Positions 50,356 to 58,346 of a DNA stretch of 64,000 bases are shown one piece after another. The position numbers were made by a program, and so were the translations under genes. The notes beneath the pieces are model-generated. The model did not search any database and had not been told where the DNA came from. It saw only the letters and a program-made list of their open reading frames with translations. The stretch is taken from positions 160,001-224,000 of the forward strand of contig CAXXLQ010000004.1 in the NCBI GenBank assembly GCA_963668695.2. Reading direction: 5' to 3'. How positions within the stretch are numbered: position 1 is the stretch's first letter; every line of letters begins with the position of its first letter. The DNA is from Vicinamibacteria bacterium (GTDB taxonomy: Bacteria; Acidobacteriota; Vicinamibacteria; Marinacidobacterales; Marinacidobacteraceae).

Positions 50356-50908
50356 ATGCGGTGGCAAGAGGCGATTCGGACGCCCGGGCTGGGGCGGCGA
50401 GTGGCTCCCCTGATCCTCGCCGCCGCGGCTGTCGCGGCTCTCGCCGGAGCCGACGAGCCTGAAGTCCTCCCACGGAGCATCTATGTTCCGGTGCGTATCG
50501 AGGTTGCCTCCTGTCTTCGGGACGTCGTGATTCGCAACGAAGAAGGCACGGTGCGGGCCGTGGCGCCGGGACGGCTGGTCAGCCAGTTCACCTTTTTACG
50601 ACTCCAAACCCGGCTCCAAACCGGAATGGGAACGCCTTACGGTTGAGGGCTGGGTCGAGGCAACACCCGGCGACAGCGGCGAAAACGCGGACCCCAAACC
50701 GTTTCGCGCCGGGATCGTCATCACCCCGGCCAGCATCTACGTCGGCCGGAAACGGCTCGATCTGGAACTCGAGAACCGCTTACAGGCATTCCGGTGGCGG
50801 ACCGATCTCCGGTTCCCCGAGCGCACCCTTCGTCTGCGCCCAGCCGGAAAATGTGACAAAGAGGTTACAGAGGCTGACCGTCACCCTCGGCCGCCGGCTG
50901 GACCATAA
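50356..50908 (+). pseudogene. Secreted hypothetical protein split by a frameshift at a T5 run
   Basis: the signal-peptide ORF continues, after a 1-base shift near 50595, as FYDSKPGSKPEWERLTVEGWVE... to TAA 50908. Confidence 0.55.
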
Positions 50909-51719
50909 AGGCGCCGTCTTCCAGGCGCAGCGCCGTCAGCGAGCCGTTCCAGACGCAACCCGAATCCAGGCACACCGCCCGCTCCGAAACCATGAGGCCC
51001 AGTGCGGCCCAGTGGCCGAAGAGCACGGTCATTCCCGCGGGTAGCGAAACGCTTTCGAACCACGGCCGATGACCCGGCGGGATGGTTTCGGGAACCCCGT
51101 CGAACGTGAACGACGGCGTTCCCTCGGCGTCCACGATGCGTATCCGCGTGAACACCGATGCGGCCGTCGCGCCCGCCAGGTGCCGCCCGCCGGCCGGACC
51201 GTTCGGGCCCGGCGCTTCCTCAGGGTTCTTCTTCCGCCGCGGGCTGTCGCCCCTTACCGAATAGAGAGCGCGCAAGAAACCGCCGCGGTCCTCGGTGAGG
51301 GCGCCCTTGGCGTCCCCCGCCGCGGCTTCGATATCGGAGAGATCCCATCGAGGGAGCGTTCCGGCGTGCACGAGGAGGAAGCCGTCCTCCCGGTGGACAA
51401 AGGGGAGTCCCGCGACCCAATCGCAGAGCTCATCGGCGTCGGGCGCGGCCAGCACCGGCGCGAGGGTGTCGCGGCGGCGGGCGGGGATCACACCCTCCCG
51501 CTGGGCCAGGAGGTGCAGCTCGTGATTCCCGAGCACGCAGACGATCGAGTCCCGGTGCCGGTACGCCCAGCGCAGCATGCCGAGGGAATCCGGACCCCGA
51601 TTGACCAAGTCCCCGACGAACCACATTCGGTCCCGGCCGGGCCGGAACGGGAGGCGATCCAGGAGACGCTCGAACGTGCTAAAACACCCCTGCACATCGC
51701 CGACGACCCAGATTGCCAC
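50865..51719 (-). CDS. apaH: Symmetrical bis(5'-nucleosyl)-tetraphosphatase
   Basis: GDVQGC, GDLVNRGP, LGNHE, FGHWAALG, LDSGCVW. Confidence 0.95.
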   Translation of the reverse strand: MAIWVVGDVQGCFSTFERLLDRLPFRPGRDRMWFVGDLVNRGPDSLGMLRWAYRHRDSIVCVLGNHELHLLAQREGVIPARRRDTLAPVLAAPDADELCDWVAGLPFVHREDGFLLVHAGTLPRWDLSDIEAAAGDAKGALTEDRGGFLRALYSVRGDSPRRKKNPEEAPGPNGPAGGRHLAGATAASVFTRIRIVDAEGTPSFTFDGVPETIPPGHRPWFESVSLPAGMTVLFGHWAALGLMVSERAVCLDSGCVWNGSLTALRLEDGAFMVQPAAEGDGQPL

Positions 51720-51980
51720 AGGCGGTGATGCTATCCCCGATTGCGCACGCCGACCGACCGCGAACCACGACGAAGGGTCCCGTAACGTCTTGCCCGTAAC
51801 CTCTTGACGGTACGCGGGCTATTCGTGAGCCTGGGACCCTCGCTTTCTTGACGGCGCCGAGGCACGGGAACGCCGGCCCGTCCTCCCGGTGGGTGCCTTC
51901 AGACCGGCGCCGCTCGGCGACCGCGCAGCGAAACCGCACGATTCCCGGCACCCGGATGGCCCGACCGTGAATAACCGTTC

Positions 51981-53492
51981 ATGACCACTAAACGACGCCT
52001 TCCGATGGGGCTCTTCGCGGCGGTGGACCTCGGTTCCCGCAGCTTCCACCTCACCGTCGCCCGGGTCCACGGCGAGAACATCGAAGTGGTGGACCGGGTG
52101 AAGGAGCCGGTGCGGCTCGCCGCCGGCATCCGGAACAAGGCCGTCGAACCCGCGACGTGGGGGCGCGCCGCAGCCGCGCTCGCCCGAATCGGGGAACGCA
52201 TCCGGGATATCCCGGCCGGCCAGGCGCGCGCGGTGGGTACCAACGCCTTCCGGCAGGTGAAGGACCAGAAGGCATTGCTCGGCGATGCGACGAAGGCTCT
52301 CGGGCATCGGGTGGAGATCATCTCCGGCGTGGAGGAAGCGCGGCTCATCTATGTGGGAGTCAACACCCTCCTTCCGGAGGAGAACGGCCGCCGGCTGGTG
52401 CTGGATATCGGGGGCGGCAGCACCGAATTGGTCGTTGGACAGGGGGAGGAGCCGCTCCGGGCGGCAAGCCTCTATATGGGGTGTGTTTCCTTCACGCGCC
52501 GCTTCTTCCCGGGCGGCGTGATCACCGAGCCGGCCTTCGTCGCCGCCGAGACCGAGGCCCGCCGCGAACTCGAGACCGTGGAGGAAGGATTTCTGGCGCT
52601 CGGATGGTCCCGGGTGTTCGGATCTTCCGGCACGGTGCTGGCCACCGCCGAGCTTCTGCGTGCAAACGGCGGCCTGACCCGGGCGGCGCTGGCGGGGCTC
52701 AGAGACCGGATGATCCGCGGCGCCCACGTCGAAGCCCTCGCCCGCGGACCCGATGCGATTCCGGGGTTTCCCGCCGATCGGGCATTGGATTTCCCCGGCG
52801 GCATCGCGGTCCTGCGCGCGGCCATGGAGACCTTCGACATCGAAAGGATCGAGCCGGCCGAGGGAGCGCTCCGCGAGGGGGTGCTCTTCGACCTGATCGG
52901 CCGGCGCCGGAGACAGGATGTCCGGGAGAGCACGATCCGCAACCTCATGACCCAGTACCGGGTGGACCGCGAACAGGCGGAGCGGGTCAAGGCCACCGCG
53001 CTGGTCGGCCTGAGACAGCTAAAGCGGCCGTGGGGCCTCGAACACGAGGCGCACGAACGGTTTCTGCGCTGGGCGGCCGAGCTGCATGAGGTCGGCCTCT
53101 CCGTCTCCTTCAGCGGCCATCACCACCACGGCGCCTACATCGTGCGCAACACGGACATGCCGGGCTTTTCGCGGGACGACCAGGAACTGCTCGCCGCGCT
53201 GATCGAGACCCACCGGCAGAGGCTGCCGCCCGGGCGCTTCGAGAAATTGACTGCCGCCGATCCCGTCACCAGCGGCCGACTGGCCGCCATCCTGCGGATC
53301 GCGGTCCTGCTCTGCCGGCGCCGCAGTCGCGAGCGCCTGCCCCTTATTGAGGCCAGCGCGCCCGACGGTCAGCTTGAGCTCGCGTTCCCCCCGGGCTGGC
53401 TCGACCACCACCCCCTGACTCGCGCCGGCATCGCGGAGGAGGCGGAGCAACTCGCGGCCATCGGAATCGAACTCCGCGTCCGGGATCGCTGA
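51981..53492 (+). CDS. ppx: Exopolyphosphatase Ppx/GppA
   Basis: AAVDLGS, ISGVEEARLIY, DIGGGSTE, GALREG, HD-like LHEVG. Confidence 0.94.
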   Translation: MTTKRRLPMGLFAAVDLGSRSFHLTVARVHGENIEVVDRVKEPVRLAAGIRNKAVEPATWGRAAAALARIGERIRDIPAGQARAVGTNAFRQVKDQKALLGDATKALGHRVEIISGVEEARLIYVGVNTLLPEENGRRLVLDIGGGSTELVVGQGEEPLRAASLYMGCVSFTRRFFPGGVITEPAFVAAETEARRELETVEEGFLALGWSRVFGSSGTVLATAELLRANGGLTRAALAGLRDRMIRGAHVEALARGPDAIPGFPADRALDFPGGIAVLRAAMETFDIERIEPAEGALREGVLFDLIGRRRRQDVRESTIRNLMTQYRVDREQAERVKATALVGLRQLKRPWGLEHEAHERFLRWAAELHEVGLSVSFSGHHHHGAYIVRNTDMPGFSRDDQELLAALIETHRQRLPPGRFEKLTAADPVTSGRLAAILRIAVLLCRRRSRERLPLIEASAPDGQLELAFPPGWLDHHPLTRAGIAEEAEQLAAIGIELRVRDR

Positions 53493-53524
53493 AGGGGCGG
53501 CGCCGGCCGCCGCCGGAAAGTCGC

Positions 53525-54153
53525 TCAGTCGGTGACGAAGCTGAAGATCTGGTAGCGGCCGCCCTGCCGAGCATCGAGCCGAAGATCCGCAGGGTTCCGC
53601 GTTCGCCGTCCGGGGCGCGGACGGTGAGCACCGCCTCTCGGTGGACCTGGAAGGGTCCGTAGTCGGTGCTCTCTCCCACGAAGTCCACCGCAACCAGTTC
53701 GAAGCTGCGTCCCTGGTAGCGGTCCATCGTGGAGGCCAACGAGTTCCGGCTGCGCTGATGCAGCATCTCCCAGAGAAACTCGGCCGACGTGTTCCGTTCG
53801 GGGCGACTCGCCGGCAGCCGGAGGTACACCGCTTCGCGGAACTCGACTTCGCTGATGGCCAGCCTCGAAAGGGAGTCGGTGTCCCCCGCTTTGATCAGCG
53901 CCAGCGCCGCGCGCGCCGCTTCTTCGGGCGAATCGAAGAGCACTCGACCCACGGGCAGGGTGACGAGATCAGCTGCCCCGGCCGCCTTCCCCGCTTTGTC
54001 CGGAGATTCGTTGGGAGATTCCTTGGGAGATTCCTTGCCGGGCGGGGGATTCGCGCCTCGGCACCCGGTACCGAAGATGGCGACCGCCGCGAAGACGGCA
54101 GCGAAGCCTGATAGAGAGGGGCCGCAGCGGAAGCGGCGCGGCCCCATTTCCAT
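53525..54153 (-). pseudogene. Hypothetical lipoprotein with a probable 1-bp frameshift near the C-terminus
   Basis: lipobox-like FGTGC; adding one base near 53570 gives ...IFGSMLRQGGRYQIFSFVTD* and removes a long overlap with ppx. Confidence 0.6.
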
Positions 54154-54164
54154 TCGTCCGGGAA

Positions 54165-54790
54165 TCAGTTCCGGGCGAAGGTGGTCCAGCCGAGGAATCA
54201 GTCGTCGTCCAGGCCGCAGGCGCCCGCGTAGGTGACCGGATCGAAGAATCCGTCGGCCGGCGGCAGAGCGTCCGGGCCAAGCAGCGCGAGCAGGAGCGCC
54301 GGGGAACCTGCCATCGGCCGGCAGTCGAGCGCCTCGTGGTTGTAGGGATCGGCGAGCATGGGATCCAGCTCCCGGAGTTGCTGGGAGGCCATTGCGAAGT
54401 CCCGGGTGGAGAAGGTCGGCGCCGGGTCCTCGCCGGAGTCGTCGTCGAAGCTGCCCTCGAGGTTGCCGTAGAAGATCGAGTTCTTCACCACCAAAAACCC
54501 ATCCTCGGCGAGCCGGTAGGTGGCGGCGTTGTCGATGTCGAGTCCGGTCTCCTTGAAGCCGAGCACGATGGAATTGGCGATCTCGGCGGAGGTGCCCTCG
54601 CGGAGCAGGATGCCAATGTCGCTCTCGTCGCCCTGGTCGGTATCCGGGTCGCCGATCAGGGTGAGGTTGTAGAGCGTCGGATCGGAGCGCGGGGTGAGGT
54701 CGTTGTTCTCACCGTTGTTGTCCGCCTCGATCCCCTGATCGGCGTCGTCGCCGCGCTGCTGAGCGATCCAGAACTGGCCGCGCGGACGAA
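54165..54790 (-). pseudogene. C-terminal fragment of an acidic Asn/Asp-rich secreted (beta-helix-like) protein
   Basis: GQFWIAQQRGDDADQGIEADNN...NLTLIG...LREGT; no N-terminus or signal peptide; in-frame TGA at 54198 followed by FLGWTTFARN*. Confidence 0.6.
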
Positions 54791-54928
54791 ACGGATCAGA
54801 AAGTTGAGACGGGAATGACCGCCCCGAGGGCAAAAGTGCGGCTCAGGCATCGAGGGCGGATTGTGGTTGTCCCTTGTTGCCTAGCCGTGAAGCGTGCGAA
54901 AACTCACCGCCAAATCCTGCGCAGCGCG

Positions 54929-54956
54929 ATGAACCCGGTTTGAACCGCGTGTGAAC
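54929..54956 (-). promoter_or_regulatory. Putative Pho box (three GTTCA repeats, 11-bp period)
   Basis: GTTCAC-acgcg-GTTCAA-accgg-GTTCAT on the - strand. Confidence 0.6.
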
Positions 54957-55093
54957 GCCGGTCCCGAGGGAGGTCTCGTGACGCCGGGGCGATCCCCGCG
55001 GAAACGGCGCGGGGGCTCCGGCCCCTTCCGCTACCGAGCTAGCGCACCACCCGCTACCCGGCAGCCGCCGCCCGGCCCCGAATCGAGGGAGGG

Positions 55094-56374
55094 TCAGTTG
55101 CGCCGGGGGTTCTGGAAGTCGAAGAGCCACTGGAAGAGAAGCAGTAGCTCGTGGTCGCCGGTGGCGCCGAACCGCCAACGGTAGTCGGCGGAAAGATGGG
55201 TCCTGTTCCACGGGAGTTCGTATCGAGCTCCGGCGATCACGTAGCTGGAGTGCCCCGGGTTGGCCAGCGGGCCATGGTTCGTTTCCGTCCCGAGCTCCGC
55301 GGCGGCCCAGATGCCCTGGGGAAGACGATGGCGGAGCCGGGCGAAACCGCCAAGGTGTTCCCTGCCGTGCTGCTCCCGGCGGAAGGCGGCGCCGCGAAAC
55401 ACCTGGCCGGAGCCGAGCACACCATCCACATGGACCCCCGTCTGCCGCCGCGGCACGAGGGCGTCGTCCGGTCCGTCGCGGCCTTCATAGTGGCCGGCGT
55501 CCACCAACCAGGAGCTCCCGGCAACGTCGAACGTGCGGCCCACGCTCGCCAGCACGTCCTTCGACGAGTTGTTCTCTGCCTCATTTCCACTGCCCTGCAC
55601 CACATGAAGCCGGGCGTTATAAGGACCCTGGTCAGCGAAAAGGAAGACTCCCACCTCCCTCGACCGGGTCAGGCTGGAGCCGACCGCGGCGTACACCATC
55701 TGGCGGGAATGTGACGACTCGGTGAACTCTCCGAGCCAGGCAAGCGAACTGCGCCCTGCGCGTACCTGGAGCCCTCCGCCGACGTCGAACTGCACCCAGA
55801 AGTCATGCATGCGGGTCTTGCCCAGGTCGTAGGTGATGTTCGTGACGATGCGGTCCCCGATCTTGGTCTTGCTCCAGATCGAAAAACTGCTGATCTCCGC
55901 GTCGCCGAGTTCCTGGAACTCATCCAGGACCCGGCCGCGAAACCGCACGTTGAAATCCACGAGCGACGCCGCTCCGGCGCTGCCCTGGGCGGCCACGTCC
56001 GAATCCGATTCCCCGTTCGCTGCCTCTTCCGCGGCGAGGGCCTTCTCGTCGTCGGCGAGTTGAATCTCGCGCGTACGCGGTTCCGGTTCGATCGCTGCGG
56101 ACTCGCCGGCGGCCACCGCAGCCTCGGACGAACTTCTTCCGGTCGCCGGTTGCCTGGCCGCTTCCTGGATTTCCGTCTCGGGGGTTTCCGTCTCGGGGGT
56201 TTCGGTCTCGGGCAGAACTGCGCCCGCACCCGCGAACACGCTCCCGGCCACCGCCCAGAGCGTCAGCGACAAAGAGACCGAAGGGAAAAACGACCGACGC
56301 CGGAAGATTGGGAAGGCGGGTGAAGCGGAGCCGTCGGAGCGGCCGCGCTCGAACCGCGTAGGTGCCCCCAACAT
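55094..56374 (-). CDS. Outer-membrane porin, possibly phosphate-selective (OprO/OprP-like)
   Basis: signal peptide, low-complexity linker, beta-strand pattern; Pho-box-like repeats upstream; family call weak. Confidence 0.55.
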   Translation of the reverse strand: MLGAPTRFERGRSDGSASPAFPIFRRRSFFPSVSLSLTLWAVAGSVFAGAGAVLPETETPETETPETEIQEAARQPATGRSSSEAAVAAGESAAIEPEPRTREIQLADDEKALAAEEAANGESDSDVAAQGSAGAASLVDFNVRFRGRVLDEFQELGDAEISSFSIWSKTKIGDRIVTNITYDLGKTRMHDFWVQFDVGGGLQVRAGRSSLAWLGEFTESSHSRQMVYAAVGSSLTRSREVGVFLFADQGPYNARLHVVQGSGNEAENNSSKDVLASVGRTFDVAGSSWLVDAGHYEGRDGPDDALVPRRQTGVHVDGVLGSGQVFRGAAFRREQHGREHLGGFARLRHRLPQGIWAAAELGTETNHGPLANPGHSSYVIAGARYELPWNRTHLSADYRWRFGATGDHELLLLFQWLFDFQNPRRN

Positions 56375-56398
56375 GAGGCGCCATGTTGTTTCTCCGGC

Positions 56399-56479
56399 AT
56401 GACGGGTCCTTGAACCATTCGTGAAACAAGGTTTAAGATCGAGTGAATATTCAGGGACTCAAAATGAATTCAATGTGAA
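56399..56479 (-). promoter_or_regulatory. Putative multi-unit Pho box
   Basis: TTCAC/TTAAA/TTCAC/TTCAA/GTCAT at 11-bp period (56443, 56432, 56421, 56410, 56399) plus a pair at 56475/56464. Confidence 0.6.
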
Positions 56480-56535
56480 CGCAGATTTGCGCAACGTTAC
56501 GGCTTCGAAAATCCGCGTGCCCGCGACCCCGAGCG

Positions 56536-56758
56536 TTAACAGCCTGTGGACAGAGTGGCGTGAGCGCCGAGAGCGGCGAGGCGCCCGGCTGACAAGGCGC
56601 GCGAGGGAGGAGCCCCCACCGGGAGAACTGGCCCGGGTGTATTTCGACCGAAGCGCAACGATGAGCGACGCGAAGCGGCGCGGTTCAGCCGGGATGCATC
56701 GCCGCTCGAGCCCCCACCGGGAGAACTGGGCCGCGTGATTTTGTCTACAGGCTGTTAA
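56536..56758. mobile_element. MITE-like element, family A
   Basis: ttaacagcctgtgg...ctacaggctgttaa; its TTAA end coincides with the pheA stop. Confidence 0.88.
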
Positions 56759-57594
56759 TGTGAGGTGCGCACCGGATCGGCCGGATAGACCCCCAGGATC
56801 CTGACCGACCGGGAGAAGAAGCGGAGTTCTTCGAACGCCTTCGCCACCCCGGAGTGCTCGGGATGGCCGGCCACGTCACAGTAGAACTGGGTCGAAGTGA
56901 ACGAGCCGTCCAGCATGTAGCTTTCGAGCTTCTGCATGTTCACTCCATTGGTCGCGAACCCACCGAGCGCCTTGTAGAGGGCGCCCGGGAGATTCCGCAC
57001 CTGGAACACGAACGTAGTGATCGCGTCGGCGTCGCGCGGAACCGTAACCGGCTCCCGGGCCATGACGAGGAACCGGGTGATGTTCAGCGAGATGTCCGCG
57101 ATGTCCGGCGCCAGAATCGAGAGTCCGTGAATCCCAGCGGCAAGCGCCGAGGCGATCGCCGCTTTCGTGGGGTCTCCGCTTCTCGCGATCATTATCGCGG
57201 CCCCGGCGGTATCCGCCTCCGCCACTGGGCGGAGGCGTCGGCCGCGGATGAATTGCCGGCACTGGGCGAGCGCGTGCGGGTGGCTGTGGACGGTCCGGAG
57301 TCCGCCGAGCCTGGCTCCGGGCAGCCCGAGGAGCTGGTGCCGCACCCGGTGAAAGGCTTCACCGACGATTTGCAGACGGGATTCGGGCAGGAGGCGATGG
57401 ATGTCGGCGACTCGTCCGGCGACCGAATTCTCGATGGGGATCATCGCGAGTTCCGCGCTCCCCTCGGCCACTGCCGCGAACGCGTCCTCAAAGCCCTCGA
57501 AGGACAGCGGCTCATGATCCGGATGCCGGTCCCGACAGGTCAGGTCGGAGTAGGAGCCGGGGTGTCCCTGAAACGCGATTTTCGGTCCGGACAT
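56755..57594 (-). CDS. pheA: Prephenate dehydratase
   Basis: IAFQGHPGSYS, PIENSVAG, SHPHALAQC, NITRF, ACT domain KLES. Confidence 0.95.
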   Translation of the reverse strand: MSGPKIAFQGHPGSYSDLTCRDRHPDHEPLSFEGFEDAFAAVAEGSAELAMIPIENSVAGRVADIHRLLPESRLQIVGEAFHRVRHQLLGLPGARLGGLRTVHSHPHALAQCRQFIRGRRLRPVAEADTAGAAIMIARSGDPTKAAIASALAAGIHGLSILAPDIADISLNITRFLVMAREPVTVPRDADAITTFVFQVRNLPGALYKALGGFATNGVNMQKLESYMLDGSFTSTQFYCDVAGHPEHSGVAKAFEELRFFSRSVRILGVYPADPVRTSH

Positions 57595-57641
57595 AGACCG
57601 CGGGAGCATATGCGCCAACTGTGTGTACGATTTCTCCGGCC

Positions 57642-58346
57642 GTGAAACACATCCTGGTCATCGAAGACGATCCGGACATCGTCGAGTTGCTCCGCTACAA
57701 CCTGGAGCGCGAGTCCTACCGCGTGACCTCCGCCGTCACCGGCGCGGAGGGATGGGCCCAATTGGAGCGGGAGCGACCGGATCTCTTGATCCTGGATCTG
57801 ATGCTGCCGGAGATCAGCGGGTTCGATCTGTGCCGGCGCCTGCGCCGGGACTCCGAATATCAGAGCCTCCCGGTGATCATGCTGAGCGCGCGGAGCGAAG
57901 AGGCCGACGTGATCGCGGGCATCGAACTCGGGGCGGACGACTACATCACGAAGCCGTTCAGCCCCCGGGAGCTGGTGGCGCGGGTCGGGGCGGTGCTCCG
58001 CCGTACCGGAAGGACCGAGCAGCCGGCCCCGTCGCCCGACGAGGGCGCCCTCCAGTTCGGTGACTTGGTGATTGACCCGACGTCGCACCGGGTGCAGCGG
58101 GGCGGAGACGACCTTCCGGTGACGCACCTGGAGTTCAAACTGCTCCACTATCTGGCGTCCCACCCGCGACGCGTCTTCTCCCGGGAGCAGCTCCTCGACC
58201 GGGTGTGGGGACATGAGAAATACATCACGCTGCGCAGCGTGGATGTCTATGTTCGGCGGCTGCGCCAGAAGGTTGACGTATCGGGGGATTCCTCGTTCCT
58301 GAAGACGGTTCGGGGCGCCGGGTATCGCTTCGAACCTCCACCTTGA
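57642..58346 (+). CDS. phoB: OmpR/PhoB family response regulator
   Basis: LDLMLP, GADDYITKPFS, RSVDVYVRRLRQK, TVRGAGY; paired with a PhoR-like kinase. Confidence 0.85.
   Translation: MKHILVIEDDPDIVELLRYNLERESYRVTSAVTGAEGWAQLERERPDLLILDLMLPEISGFDLCRRLRRDSEYQSLPVIMLSARSEEADVIAGIELGADDYITKPFSPRELVARVGAVLRRTGRTEQPAPSPDEGALQFGDLVIDPTSHRVQRGGDDLPVTHLEFKLLHYLASHPRRVFSREQLLDRVWGHEKYITLRSVDVYVRRLRQKVDVSGDSSFLKTVRGAGYRFEPPP

Noticed and set aside
54165-54200. Selenocysteine read-through of the in-frame TGA, given selB nearby
   Set aside because: The context (DD*FLGWT) fits a Trp-to-stop mutation in an already truncated gene, and I saw no convincing SECIS hairpin.
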